IMG/VR virus record: IMGVR_UViG_3300021379_000425
Coordinates: 1-64,000 of that record
From: a virus
DNA: 64,000 nucleotides
Reading direction: 5' to 3' (one strand)
Both the position numbers and the translations under genes were made by a program. A model generated the notes under the pieces. The model was not told where the DNA came from, made no database searches, and worked only from the letters and a program-made list of their open reading frames with translations. Below are positions 11,609-21,955 of the stretch, one piece after another (positions within the stretch are counted from its first letter, which is position 1; each line of letters begins with the position of its first letter).

Positions 11609-13126
11609 TCATTGCGCTGGTCTTCTTGCTACAATGTCATCAATTCTTAGGATGGCGTTAGTAACTTCTGCGGCACTCAATACTGCTTGCCTTACCAGTG
11701 ATAGAGGTTCAACTACTCCTTGCTCTAATAGGTCTAATACGCCGCCATCTTTGACATTTGGACCGACATTAGGATTACCTTGTAGAATCTCGTGTCTCAT
11801 GGCTAGAATGGTATCTAGTGGGTCATGTCCAGCATTCTCAGCAACGGTAGCAGGAATCACCTCTAAAGCGTCAGCAAACGCCTCAATAGCCATTTGCGCC
11901 CTACCACCTATCTGTGCCGCATGATTTCGTAGGTGCATAGCCATACGAGCGTATGCGTTACCTCCACCGACTACAATGCTCTTGTTTTTAATTACCAGTG
12001 AAACAACACCCAAAGCGTCATCAAACCCACGCTCGACTTCTTCTAGTGTGTGAGATGTAGCACCACGCAGTACAAGTGTAGCCTCTTGGCTCTCTTCTTC
12101 ACTGCTTACAAATAGATACCAAACATCATTCTTTCTCTCACGCTCAATTGTTACATCAGCGCACCACTCGAAGTCATCCGGTGTTTGTATGATAGGTAGG
12201 TTAGTAGCACGACTCAATGCACGAAGAGAAGACTCCGGTACACGCCTTACTACCATGATGTTGTGCTTCTTCAAGAAAGTGCATACAACATCGTTGACAT
12301 TATCTCTAGCAAAGACTACACCACCGTTAGGCATTGCCTCCACTATTGGTTTACAACTAGCAATCAAGTCAGCCTTTCCTGCTTTCTTGTATGTTTGATA
12401 TGATTCTACATTGACTTGCAGTTGAATGTTTTCTTCACTCTTCTCACTGTCCAGTCCTGCATTGATTAGCACCATCTTTGAGTATGAGTTGTCACCCTCA
12501 AGTACGAAGTCTTTGTTGACTATAACACCATCAAATAGTGTTGAGTCCTCTAGTGAGCCACCGGGGAAGGATACTACCTTCACACTCTCAGCGTCACCTG
12601 CTTTCTTGACCGCATCTACACACAATGCAGATACATACTCAATAGCACTCTCTAGTGTTTTACCAGTGATTGCAGTACGAGCGATTGATGTCAAGTCTTC
12701 ATCAGTGCCACCTTTAATGGCAATCTCATCTTTTAGATAGTTTACAGCCATCTGCGCCGCCTCATGATAACCACGACAAATGACATTCGGGTGTAGACCC
12801 TTTTCAAACAACATTTCACTGTTACCGAGTAGTTGACCCGACAACACGACTGTACTCGTTGTACCGTCATAGCAAAGCGATTCTTGTGTCTTTGCTACTT
12901 CTGCAATCATCTTTCCACCCGGATGTGATACATCTAATTCTCTCAATATGGTAGCACCATCGTTGGTAACAATAACATTGCCACCACCGTCTACCATCAT
13001 CTTGTCCATACCCATAGGACCGAGTGTAGACTTTACTGTGTCTGCTACACCTTTAGCCGCCCTTATGTTATGTATCTGCGCTTTTCCACTTCCTTTCTTC
13101 TCCTGTTCTGCCATAGTATTCACCAT
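11609..13126 (-). CDS. ths: Group II chaperonin (thermosome subunit)
   Basis: TLGPMGMDKM, TNDGATIL, DGTTS, GGG and ILRIDD motifs. Confidence 0.95.
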   Translation of the reverse strand: MVNTMAEQEKKGSGKAQIHNIRAAKGVADTVKSTLGPMGMDKMMVDGGGNVIVTNDGATILRELDVSHPGGKMIAEVAKTQESLCYDGTTSTVVLSGQLLGNSEMLFEKGLHPNVICRGYHEAAQMAVNYLKDEIAIKGGTDEDLTSIARTAITGKTLESAIEYVSALCVDAVKKAGDAESVKVVSFPGGSLEDSTLFDGVIVNKDFVLEGDNSYSKMVLINAGLDSEKSEENIQLQVNVESYQTYKKAGKADLIASCKPIVEAMPNGGVVFARDNVNDVVCTFLKKHNIMVVRRVPESSLRALSRATNLPIIQTPDDFEWCADVTIERERKNDVWYLFVSSEEESQEATLVLRGATSHTLEEVERGFDDALGVVSLVIKNKSIVVGGGNAYARMAMHLRNHAAQIGGRAQMAIEAFADALEVIPATVAENAGHDPLDTILAMRHEILQGNPNVGPNVKDGGVLDLLEQGVVEPLSLVRQAVLSAAEVTNAILRIDDIVARRPAQ

Positions 13127-13725
13127 TTCACTTCTATTTCTATTATGTCTCCTGTTTCTACATTTCGTGACGATATGAAGCCTTCGCTCTTACCAAACTG
13201 ATACAAGTCGTATGTCAGTTTAGCATCGCTTAAACAATATTTCGCCACTCCATCGTAATCACCGGCTCTCCATGCCGTAGGTGCATCCTCACCACTCATC
13301 AACTTATTGTTGTCCAAAGTATGTTTGACAAGCATGGAAAGTGATGTATCGACACTGCCGTATGCAAGTGCCGCTTTTCTAACAAGATGCTTTGTGTCTA
13401 TCACTGCATCTGTTTTACTCATTATATCGCCAGCAGTCCAGCAATCCAGTGCATCTCTAAGCACTGGTAGGTCAAACGATTTTATGTTGTGACCGATTAT
13501 CTGTCCACCTTTTTCGATATGTTCTGCTAAATCTTCTCCTAATGTACGAGGATGCAAAGCCTTCACTGTGTCATCTACATCTAGGGATTTATTGCAGTAA
13601 ATTGTACCGTCTTTACCATTCCATGTAGCCACCACTGATGGCTCAAACATGTGGGTGTTATGCCAACCCCCGATTTCGTGCGAAAAATTTGCCGTTTCTA
13701 TGTCTAATGCTAGTAAGTCGCTCAT
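13120..13725 (-). CDS. DEDD 3'-5' exonuclease (RNase H-like fold)
   Basis: LDIET, GHNIKSFD, YCLSD motifs. Confidence 0.85.
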   Translation of the reverse strand: MSDLLALDIETANFSHEIGGWHNTHMFEPSVVATWNGKDGTIYCNKSLDVDDTVKALHPRTLGEDLAEHIEKGGQIIGHNIKSFDLPVLRDALDCWTAGDIMSKTDAVIDTKHLVRKAALAYGSVDTSLSMLVKHTLDNNKLMSGEDAPTAWRAGDYDGVAKYCLSDAKLTYDLYQFGKSEGFISSRNVETGDIIEIEVKW

Positions 13726-15119
13726 GAATTATCACCTTTCAGTCTTATGTAATTTCTACCGCCGGACTTTCTTCTGTCGAATAATGCACTAGCCATGTCC
13801 TTAAAGTGTCTTCTAGCAGTACTGTTAGATACATGGTTCTTTTGTTCGTATGTACTCATAACCATTTTAGCCAGTCTCCACCCATCGCCGTGAGTATCTA
13901 ACTCGTGCGGTGCAATCATGTTGTAAGCGGCTATCATAGCCTCGTGTATCTTTGCTTCTTTCTGCTTGTTACCACCGACTTCTACGGAATCTTCAAGCCA
14001 TTCGATTAGGTTTTGGAATAGGTCAATCAATATCTCATGAGCCATGTCTACATGCTCGGCAGTAACTACCCAAGATTCGTCTAAGATAGCCATGTGCATA
14101 GCGAATATACCCAAGTAGTTCTCAATCGCTGGTGTGAAAGATGCAACGATTTCGGACATTGAAGGACTCATGTTTCTTAGCAGGTCAAATACATCATCCG
14201 ATGATTGATACAATGCAGTTTCAAAGTCGGGTGATGCAGTAAACATCTTCCACATGTGCCTTTGCACGACTTCTTCTTTGAGTTCATTACTAGCCTCAGC
14301 CCATTCTGTGTATGACATTTCTTCCATGTCGCATAATCTCTTCCTCAGTCTTGCTTCTGTATCATTGAAGTATTTGTACAGGTCATCCTTAGTGTACTCA
14401 TAATCATCCGATGGTTTCATGAAAGTACCTAGTCTTCTATTACTGACATCTTGCCTTTCTTCCATATCCCAATGACGATAGTATAGCAATACACGCTGGA
14501 AGATACCCTTAGTCAATACATATTCTTTGACACCTTTTGGTGGGTATGTAGTAATCCATAGCGATACTAGTGACGGACATTCTACTTTGTTACCCTTCAT
14601 GTGTTTGACTAGTGTGTTATTTCCACTACCCACAGGGTTACATGCGGTTTGTAAATACAATACCGTTTCTTGCCCATGCTTGTTAGGCGTGAGTAGAATA
14701 GAACCTTCGTCAAAGTTGATTGCTTTCTTACCTGCTAGTAATCCATCCACTGTTCTAAACTCACCAGTAGGTTTACCATTTTCGTCTAATACTGCCTCCG
14801 TAGAACCTACGAGTCCAGCATCAGTACCCGATGCAAACAATTCGTAATCAACACCGCATTCTTTCATTATGTCACTAATAAAGTTCCATGCAATAGACTT
14901 ACCAGTACGAGATGGTTGAATCCAAAATACATGCACTCTCAAGTCTAGGTGAGTGTCGCCAGTTGGTAGTCTAACATACGGCAAAGATACTTGTCCTTGT
15001 ATGAAAAAGAATGATAGCAAACCGGGTATCTCATTCTTCATTGATGTCTGTGAAAAGTGGTGAAGGTAGGACTTCAACACTGGAAACTTCTCTAACGCTT
15101 TGTACTTCTTAATGTTCAT
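13722..15119 (-). CDS. MCM-like AAA+ replicative helicase
   Basis: Walker A PSRTGKS, AGLVG, Walker B INFDE, Arg-finger GIFQR, likely C-terminal wHTH. Confidence 0.7.
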   Translation of the reverse strand: MNIKKYKALEKFPVLKSYLHHFSQTSMKNEIPGLLSFFFIQGQVSLPYVRLPTGDTHLDLRVHVFWIQPSRTGKSIAWNFISDIMKECGVDYELFASGTDAGLVGSTEAVLDENGKPTGEFRTVDGLLAGKKAINFDEGSILLTPNKHGQETVLYLQTACNPVGSGNNTLVKHMKGNKVECPSLVSLWITTYPPKGVKEYVLTKGIFQRVLLYYRHWDMEERQDVSNRRLGTFMKPSDDYEYTKDDLYKYFNDTEARLRKRLCDMEEMSYTEWAEASNELKEEVVQRHMWKMFTASPDFETALYQSSDDVFDLLRNMSPSMSEIVASFTPAIENYLGIFAMHMAILDESWVVTAEHVDMAHEILIDLFQNLIEWLEDSVEVGGNKQKEAKIHEAMIAAYNMIAPHELDTHGDGWRLAKMVMSTYEQKNHVSNSTARRHFKDMASALFDRRKSGGRNYIRLKGDNS

Positions 15120-15136
15120 ATTATCATCTCTCTTTC

Positions 15137-15156
15137 CTTTATCAGTTTAAATAGTC
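15137..15156 (-). promoter_or_regulatory. Viral promoter motif copy 1 (GACTATTTAAACTGATAAAG)
   Basis: Exact 20-mer just upstream of the helicase gene. Confidence 0.8.
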
Positions 15157-15854
15157 TAACGGCGAACTTTGCGTTCCTGTTTTACAGGCTCTTCACTAGT
15201 TAGAATGTCTACGACCAACTTTCGCCGTACTTCACCCAGTCCTTTAATTTGACGCAAAGATTCGGGGAAGCACATCTCTTCTATGCTACCGCATTTCTCT
15301 AGCATCTTCTCAGCCGTTTCGTGACCTACACCGGGTATTGTGGATAACAAGTCTACTCTCAAATCATTTGATGCAACCCTGCGTATTGAATGTGCGCCAT
15401 GCTTACTTGCTGGCTTGTGAATCTTATCATGGAGTTTTACAATGAATGATGCGGCTTCACTGACATTGTTACAATAGAATACTTGGCAATCAAAATCAGC
15501 CATAAGCCTAGCAATCGTGCCTATCAATTCATTCTGTACACGAGAATATGTTAATTTTTTACCGTTAATTTGTTTCACTGTACTGATATGTTTCTCCACT
15601 GTACCATGTATAACAATGAAGAATCGCTCATAGTTAGCATCCATGTTATCCAGTTGTCTCCACAAGTGTCCACTGTGGCTAGATTGAAACAAGTCAGTGA
15701 TACTCTTGGCTTCTACGCAAGCACCACCTAGTAAGTAGTCGCCTACAACCAGTGTCTTTCTTGCTACTGACAACCCTACTTTGCTTGCTTTACGCTGTAC
15801 TGATTCACAAAGTAAACCACGCTCGTTACTGTCTATGATTAATTGAGGTTTCAT
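15156..15854 (-). CDS. XPF/ERCC4-family nuclease with HhH motifs
   Basis: IIDSNE, VGDY, VEAKS motifs; IPGVG and IKGLG helix-hairpin-helix motifs. Confidence 0.9.
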   Translation of the reverse strand: MKPQLIIDSNERGLLCESVQRKASKVGLSVARKTLVVGDYLLGGACVEAKSITDLFQSSHSGHLWRQLDNMDANYERFFIVIHGTVEKHISTVKQINGKKLTYSRVQNELIGTIARLMADFDCQVFYCNNVSEAASFIVKLHDKIHKPASKHGAHSIRRVASNDLRVDLLSTIPGVGHETAEKMLEKCGSIEEMCFPESLRQIKGLGEVRRKLVVDILTSEEPVKQERKVRR

Positions 15855-16081
15855 ACAATCAACTCCCTGTGATTTTGACAGTAATCGCTACCTTCGTTGT
15901 GCTTACGCCATGTTTTACATCGCTCACCAGTGGTAGTGGATATACCCTTACAACGATACTCTTCAGGTATGACGGCATTGAATCTACAATGACCGCAGAT
16001 AGGTGTATAGTTTGGATTGTTGATTTTTATTGGCTTTACAGTCATTTTAGCATTACAAAGTACACAAAATGTTGATGGCAT
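15851..16081 (-). CDS. Zinc-finger protein
   Basis: CxxC, CxxC, C-x9-C...CxxH; start chosen at the ATG overlapping the upstream stop. Confidence 0.55.
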   Translation of the reverse strand: MPSTFCVLCNAKMTVKPIKINNPNYTPICGHCRFNAVIPEEYRCKGISTTTGERCKTWRKHNEGSDYCQNHRELIV

Positions 16082-16335
16082 TATTTTAACCCCCATAGTG
16101 CAATATCGTATGTTCCTTTACTAGAAGGAATAGTAGTTGTATCTACTTGTTTGAATCTGCTATCTCTCGCTAGTAACTGTGCTAATTGATTTGCCGATGG
16201 TGTGTTAGAGTACGGCAAACCTTTGTAATTAGTTACATTTTCAATTAGCCCTTCTGTTGTTTCTACCTCGTTTTCTTCTTTCAAATACTTTATACATGCA
16301 TTTACGAATCTTGTATGTTTATGTCTTGAACCCAT
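16081..16335 (-). CDS. Small winged-helix-like protein
   Basis: PSANQLAQLLARDSRF helix followed by a beta hairpin ending in W. Confidence 0.5.
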   Translation of the reverse strand: MGSRHKHTRFVNACIKYLKEENEVETTEGLIENVTNYKGLPYSNTPSANQLAQLLARDSRFKQVDTTTIPSSKGTYDIALWGLK

Positions 16336-17429
16336 TATACCAACCCTGTTTCATCATAATATCTGCACTTCCCTACGCACAGTCCTTCTGTTGCTAAGGT
16401 GAAGCAATTAGCGTGGGTGTGACCCGCCATAACAATGTTACGGACTCGCATTTCCGTATATTCGGGGTCAAAGTCCACCCACTCTTGCTTTGCACATATC
16501 CTCACAATGGAGGGTACATGCGACTCTTTTGTAGCGTCATCAATCTTCCAACCGGGGAAGAACATACGCATTCTGTCTGCGAGATACGATACGAATAGGT
16601 ATCTTGCTCTATCAGTAGGATTGCCCCCACCCATTGCCGCTTGCGCCAAGCAAGGGAGAATGTGTAAGTTATCCTCTTGTACGGTAGGCAAGTCTATTTT
16701 CTTGGCACTACCTTCTTTGATTTTGTTTTTAATTACCTGTAATTTAACTCTCTCACTACCGAGGGCGATATACCCCTTGTGTGGTTCTTGTGCTTTCTCA
16801 ATTAATTGCTGATGATTTAAATTGTTGATGTCGTCACTAGTGAGGGGTACACTCCAACACTCTCTTCTAGCGTTGTAAGAGTTGGGTATGCGTATCATAC
16901 CACTGGTGTCAAACGCTACCGTAGGGTCATTACATCTCAGCGTACCTATGTCTTTCTCCCATTGATTCATTAGTAGCCTGCCCGAATACTTGATTCGAGA
17001 TAACTCATTACCAGTCTTAGGAGACAGTGTTTGAGCGAGTGGTATCCACAAGTGAAAGCCACCGCCACTAAACCATACATAGTGTTCTATTTGTTTACCC
17101 ATGAAATAATTGTGTAGTCGCTTGACTTCTTCATGGGGCTTTTCAAATGGTACATCTGCACCCTTAGCCTTGAAGTCTTTACAATCGAAGTCCATTACAA
17201 AATGGTGTATCAACGGTGTATTGTAGTTGACACGGTGATGCTTTGGGGCTTGAGTCTGTGTGTAGCCGTAAGCAGTGAAGTAGACATTACCACTTCCGTT
17301 CTTACCGCCCCAGTAGGACTCAAGTTCCTCGGCGTTTCTCACCATCCTGCGCCAGCCCTTAGCACCGCTACTCGGTAACTCTAGGACTTCACGAGGGAAG
17401 TCTATCGGTACAAAGCCCAAGTGAATCAC
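16335..17429 (-). CDS. Archaeo-eukaryotic primase, PriS fused to a PriL-like Fe-S C-terminal domain
   Basis: DFD, FSGGGFH, MIRIPNSYN; C-terminal LPC...NC...LC...C cysteines. Confidence 0.9.
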   Translation of the reverse strand: MIHLGFVPIDFPREVLELPSSGAKGWRRMVRNAEELESYWGGKNGSGNVYFTAYGYTQTQAPKHHRVNYNTPLIHHFVMDFDCKDFKAKGADVPFEKPHEEVKRLHNYFMGKQIEHYVWFSGGGFHLWIPLAQTLSPKTGNELSRIKYSGRLLMNQWEKDIGTLRCNDPTVAFDTSGMIRIPNSYNARRECWSVPLTSDDINNLNHQQLIEKAQEPHKGYIALGSERVKLQVIKNKIKEGSAKKIDLPTVQEDNLHILPCLAQAAMGGGNPTDRARYLFVSYLADRMRMFFPGWKIDDATKESHVPSIVRICAKQEWVDFDPEYTEMRVRNIVMAGHTHANCFTLATEGLCVGKCRYYDETGLV

Positions 17430-17767
17430 CTTTGGCTTCTAATGTAATCGTCTAGGTCGTCTAATAGTTCCTCTAACAATATAGCAATGCCCTGCAATGA
17501 TACTGCTCTTGGGTGTACCTCATAGATGATGTGACGAGGATGTACCTTGCTCGGTACAGGCTCTATCACACCAACATCAGTCTCCACTGGTGCAAACTCA
17601 AACAATGTAGTTTGCCTCATGGTAGTACGAGTGAATGACTTTCTGCGTGGGAAGTTACCTCCACTTGCTAAGTTCACTCTTACCTCATACTGTGGGTTGT
17701 CACCCTTTGCGTCATTCATCATCTTTTCTAGCAGTGTTAATACTGTTCTCATTCCTTCTTTGTCCAT
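17426..17767 (-). CDS. Hypothetical protein
   Basis: 113-aa ORF coupled within the replication operon. Confidence 0.6.
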   Translation of the reverse strand: MDKEGMRTVLTLLEKMMNDAKGDNPQYEVRVNLASGGNFPRRKSFTRTTMRQTTLFEFAPVETDVGVIEPVPSKVHPRHIIYEVHPRAVSLQGIAILLEELLDDLDDYIRSQR

Positions 17768-18744
17768 TCTATTCCCTCCAATAAGTCATCTAATTCTTCC
17801 TCAGTTAAGTTCCAAAAGTCACAATGCTCTTGATAATCACACCACTCACACTTCAACTTGGTGCGACCCAAGAATGGTGTAGGTGGGAAATCCATCTCAA
17901 CATGTGCCTTTACTAATTTCTTTAATTTGTTTTCTACCGATTTCATTGTTCTAGGTTTGATTTCCTCGTAGAATATCTTGTTACCTTCTCCACCTTCTAT
18001 GTGTCCACCGGGAAATTCCCAGCCCCAGTGTGTGATAGGTAGGTATTCGTGGTGATTGCTATGCTCAAGCATCATACGATAGAACGCCATTTCTGCTCGC
18101 ATGTTGCTGACTTTGTTATCTTTCCATTTACCAGTCTTCAACTCCATCAGTGCGTAGCCGCCTTCTGTCGTATCGAATATGGTATCAATGAATCCGTTCA
18201 TGTGAATAGGTATACCTATCCCATCAACCTCTACATATCGCATTGCATGTATGTTAGCCTCAACCTTTGCAGGATACCAGCCCTTACCTTTAGTGAGTTT
18301 CAATCTCTCGAATTGCCAGTCTAACCACTGTGCTATTTGGTCTTCTTCACCGTAAGCGTATTTGTCAGTAGGCATCTTCACTGCATCATACAACATTTGT
18401 TTAGCCGTTAATTCATCTCCGTTGTCTATACATTCTAATGCCTCATCCATCTTATTGAATGTATCCCAAAAGTACTCAACCATGTCGTGAACATTCAGTC
18501 CTCTATCGTGGTAGTATCTTTGCTCGCCACGCAAACCCTTGAACTTCTCAAGGTAATATTGCTGTGGACACCAGCCGAATGTACCAAGACTGGACTTAGT
18601 GATTCTCAACTTCTTATCCTCTTCAAGAGGATTCCAAGCATAGGTACTCATCTTGTATGACTCGTACTCTTCTTGATGACCCGTAGCCTCAAGGTATTCC
18701 TCGATGGTAGGTCTGTGGTCTTCGCCTTTTGGATTATATCTCAT
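17749..18744 (-). CDS. Cas4/RecB-like PD-(D/E)XK exonuclease with Fe-S staple
   Basis: CPQQYY, GFID, ELKTG, CEWCDYQEHC. Confidence 0.85.
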   Translation of the reverse strand: MRYNPKGEDHRPTIEEYLEATGHQEEYESYKMSTYAWNPLEEDKKLRITKSSLGTFGWCPQQYYLEKFKGLRGEQRYYHDRGLNVHDMVEYFWDTFNKMDEALECIDNGDELTAKQMLYDAVKMPTDKYAYGEEDQIAQWLDWQFERLKLTKGKGWYPAKVEANIHAMRYVEVDGIGIPIHMNGFIDTIFDTTEGGYALMELKTGKWKDNKVSNMRAEMAFYRMMLEHSNHHEYLPITHWGWEFPGGHIEGGEGNKIFYEEIKPRTMKSVENKLKKLVKAHVEMDFPPTPFLGRTKLKCEWCDYQEHCDFWNLTEEELDDLLEGIEWTKKE

Positions 18745-18923
18745 TCTACCAAACCCAACAACTTTTCAATATATACACTCGCATCCATTAATTCCTGTTG
18801 GAGATGGTTCAACCACTCACGGATAGATAGGACTTCTTCTTCCATAGTAACGCCGTACTTGTTCTTACCAACCTCAGCCCTTTGCTGTATTTTGTCGCAT
18901 ACTGAATCTTCTATCTTGCTCAT
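18741..18923 (-). CDS. Small all-alpha (MazG-like) protein
   Basis: R..VG..KYG...W..HLQQELMDA..Y pattern. Confidence 0.55.
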   Translation of the reverse strand: MSKIEDSVCDKIQQRAEVGKNKYGVTMEEEVLSIREWLNHLQQELMDASVYIEKLLGLVE

Positions 18924-19028
18924 TCCTGTTCCTCCAATATGTCTATTACTAAATCTAATTCACCGTCAATCTCTATTTCGTTATCTCTAAATGCCCTTAA
19001 TACATTTAGAAGAAAATTAAATGCTTTT

Positions 19029-19172
19029 TTACCCATACCTCTTCATCTCCTTTTTGAATTTGTCCATACACTCATCACTGCAAAAGAATATCTTATCTTC
19101 GTAGTTGTGATGAGAGATACCCATTATTTTCCAACATTGCTTGCATCTCATCTTGTACTTTATTCTCTTCAT
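19029..19172 (-). CDS. Small metal-binding TRASH/YHS-like protein (not in ORF track)
   Basis: Hand translation MKRIKYKMRCKQCW...FFCSDECMDKFKKEMKRYG. Confidence 0.55.
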   Translation of the reverse strand: MKRIKYKMRCKQCWKIMGISHHNYEDKIFFCSDECMDKFKKEMKRYG

Positions 19173-19387
19173 CAAATCATCCCCCTGTACTTTCTAGGTG
19201 GACTTTCACGACCAATGCTTTCTGTCATGAAAGGTAGTTTCGTTTGAGATTCGGGAGTCATGTCTGCAAACTCATCTAATTTGGTTTGTCTAGTCTTTAT
19301 TCCCCCGCAATTACAACAGTATTTCACTGGTGCAGGTTTAGTTTCTGTGTTCATCACTTTTTTCCATATCTTCCATTTCTTTACCAT
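19172..19387 (-). CDS. Hypothetical protein
   Basis: 71-aa ORF coupled to neighbours. Confidence 0.5.
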   Translation of the reverse strand: MVKKWKIWKKVMNTETKPAPVKYCCNCGGIKTRQTKLDEFADMTPESQTKLPFMTESIGRESPPRKYRGMI

Positions 19388-19388
19388 A

Positions 19389-19550
19389 TCATTCCTCTTC
19401 CTCTATGTGTACATATTCTACATGAGCGTTACAAGAACTGCAATTGAGTATTGTAACTATACCCTTCTCATATCCTAAATCCTCAGCATCGTAGTCATTT
19501 TGCCAAATCAACTTACCACCGCAATACCAACATACATCTCTTCTTGTCAT
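19389..19550 (-). CDS. Small zinc-ribbon protein (not in ORF track)
   Basis: Hand translation MTRRDVCWYCGGKLIWQND...LNCSSCNAHVEYVHIEEEE. Confidence 0.6.
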   Translation of the reverse strand: MTRRDVCWYCGGKLIWQNDYDAEDLGYEKGIVTILNCSSCNAHVEYVHIEEEE

Positions 19551-19551
19551 T

Positions 19552-21954
19552 TCACCACCACCTCTTAGGTACTCTTCTAGCAGTTAAGGAATTTAAATCC
19601 CACTCCAATGTTTCATACACTCTCTTGAGTTTACTGTGAATCCATTTATCGACTATCGTAGACCAATCTACCCCGTAGCCTTCAAGTTGACTCTCATCAT
19701 CATAGGCAATGACATTACAGTATTCTTGGTCCTCCGGTACATCATCAATGAAAACCCACTTGACACTTTCACCTTTGTTGTATTTAGTACCCAAGTATCT
19801 GTTAGAATATCTCGATGCCTTGATTGCATTAGGCACTACCTTGTCATACTCGTGTAGTTGCTTCTTGATACGACCAAATGATGCCGCATAATCAGCACTC
19901 TTTTCACCACTAAATAATTCTTTGATGCTTGGGCGAAGTGCTTCGTACACCTCGTCTTCGTCAGCCCCGCTACCTATCATGCGGAAGGCTTCGCCAATCA
20001 ACTCTTTAGTTACCGCTGGTGCGGTTGATGCCTTGATAGAGAATCCTGTAACCTTCATGTCACCTGCATCTTCCGGTGGCCATGACTTGATACCAAAGTT
20101 CCTGTTCTTGGTATTAGCAGTGAACCAGTAATCAAAGAATGCCTCCAACTCTACATCCAAATACTTCAAGCCCATCTCTTCTTGAGCAATACGAGTCAAC
20201 TCTTCCGCAACTGGTATTGCCTCATCAAATGGTACTTGTATGTAGCAGGAGTCAGTGTGACCTGCAAGACCACGATAGCCCATCTCTTCGCTTTTGTCTA
20301 CAAGCATAGAGATTGACTCACGCCCTAGATAGGTGATAGACTGTGCGATAGGGTAACTTGTCCAGCCACCCTGTAACTTGCCCATTCCTACCATGCCATA
20401 GATAGCGTTGACCGAAACCTTGACCGCCATCTGTAACATGTTGTAGCCCAGTTTCTCATCAGCGTCAGTAGACTCTTTCATAAGTTTCTTGTAGTGCTTA
20501 CGCAATTGTAGCAACTCTCTTACAACCTTTGGAAGTATACCTTCTTGCTTTTGATTCCAGTGGAATGTTCCACCAGTGCCAGCAATGTGATTACCAGCGT
20601 CATCTAACTTTGGTGGTATAGTGAATGAGATAACATCCTCACCAGCCTCTTCCACCATTGTAGTCCAACAAAGGTTTGCTGATAGGATAATGTTAGGGTA
20701 TAGCGATGCGAAGTCAACCAGTGCAACATTCTCATGTCTACCAGCAACAGGAGGCATAACCCATGCCGCCTGTAACTCCGGTCTTTCTTCTTGCCTTGTA
20801 GTAGGTGCTTTGAGTTTTGTTCTTCTACCTACTAACCCTCTAAAGTAGTTTGATACATTGTGCGTACTAGCGAACTGTACACCAGCAACATTCTGCAATG
20901 CTAGGTGGAAATCTGTGCAGTTCAGTTTCATATCAATGTCACGAAGGAGTGTGGTGTCCACTAAACAATAGTCAACGAAATCATCGTAGTACTCCGCCCA
21001 ACCATTGAACACTGTCATGCCCTCAATCTCGTCTGTTAGTTTATGACCCAACCCAAGCGCAGTAGCGAACCAGTTCAGTTTACGCTGTTGTGCTTGACCA
21101 CGACCACTCTTCTGCCATACCCCCTCGAAGCCACTACCTTCGGTAGCCATAGCCGCAGTATCATAAACAAGACGACCCTTGATGGGTTGTGCAGTGGACT
21201 TGTAACCTTCACCATTTTTCTTAGGTGGTAAGAAAATATTTAATGGTGAAATATCTTTTATTCGCTCGCCCAATCTGTCATGCAACTTAGGCAGGTCAGC
21301 CCATGCCCCAGCGTGTGCAATCAGCATATCGGGGTCACACTCTATCAAGTGTGCAACGAAGTTGGATAACATGTACTCTTCGCTTGCGAATGTACGCAAT
21401 TCATAGCCATCGTATCTGTCTATCCATTCCTTCTTTGTAATGCGATTATCATATGAATCTTGACTCCATGCGAATACTACATTCTTCTCAGCATGTGTAT
21501 CACACACTGCTATGACTGTGATTCTACCTTCACCATCTGTCTCCCACTCCATATCGTAATACCACTTACGAGGATGGAATTCGGGAATGCCGTTAGGATA
21601 ACGCTCAAGCAATACTTGGTCTAGGTAAGGTGTGTCCATCTCACATGTCCACTTACCTTTAGGGTCAATAGCATCTTTCATGTTCCACGAATCAAACGGA
21701 TTGTCGTAAGTGACCTTCCATAGTTTACCACCATCAAGGGCAGTAGCCACGATGTTTGAATGTATTACTGCTTTGAATCTCTTAAGTTTCTTTAGTATGA
21801 ATGAAGGCGCATTCTGTCTAATCCAAAAGAACGGTTTAACAAATGCACTATCATCACTGTAAATATAATTCTCTTTGAGTACCCCATCAGGCCCACGAGT
21901 GCGCTCGTACAAATACAAACCCTCGTAACGGCTTTGTACAAAATCTACAATCAT
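19552..21954 (-). CDS. polB: Family B DNA polymerase
   Basis: Exo YDME, DFASLYP, KVSVNAIYG, HTDS motifs. Confidence 0.97.
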   Translation of the reverse strand: MIVDFVQSRYEGLYLYERTRGPDGVLKENYIYSDDSAFVKPFFWIRQNAPSFILKKLKRFKAVIHSNIVATALDGGKLWKVTYDNPFDSWNMKDAIDPKGKWTCEMDTPYLDQVLLERYPNGIPEFHPRKWYYDMEWETDGEGRITVIAVCDTHAEKNVVFAWSQDSYDNRITKKEWIDRYDGYELRTFASEEYMLSNFVAHLIECDPDMLIAHAGAWADLPKLHDRLGERIKDISPLNIFLPPKKNGEGYKSTAQPIKGRLVYDTAAMATEGSGFEGVWQKSGRGQAQQRKLNWFATALGLGHKLTDEIEGMTVFNGWAEYYDDFVDYCLVDTTLLRDIDMKLNCTDFHLALQNVAGVQFASTHNVSNYFRGLVGRRTKLKAPTTRQEERPELQAAWVMPPVAGRHENVALVDFASLYPNIILSANLCWTTMVEEAGEDVISFTIPPKLDDAGNHIAGTGGTFHWNQKQEGILPKVVRELLQLRKHYKKLMKESTDADEKLGYNMLQMAVKVSVNAIYGMVGMGKLQGGWTSYPIAQSITYLGRESISMLVDKSEEMGYRGLAGHTDSCYIQVPFDEAIPVAEELTRIAQEEMGLKYLDVELEAFFDYWFTANTKNRNFGIKSWPPEDAGDMKVTGFSIKASTAPAVTKELIGEAFRMIGSGADEDEVYEALRPSIKELFSGEKSADYAASFGRIKKQLHEYDKVVPNAIKASRYSNRYLGTKYNKGESVKWVFIDDVPEDQEYCNVIAYDDESQLEGYGVDWSTIVDKWIHSKLKRVYETLEWDLNSLTARRVPKRWW

Positions 21955-21955
21955 C

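Noticed and set aside
17749-18744. CRISPR-Cas system suggested by the Cas4-like gene
   Set aside because: No other cas genes and no repeat-spacer array; solo Cas4-like nucleases are common in viral replication modules.
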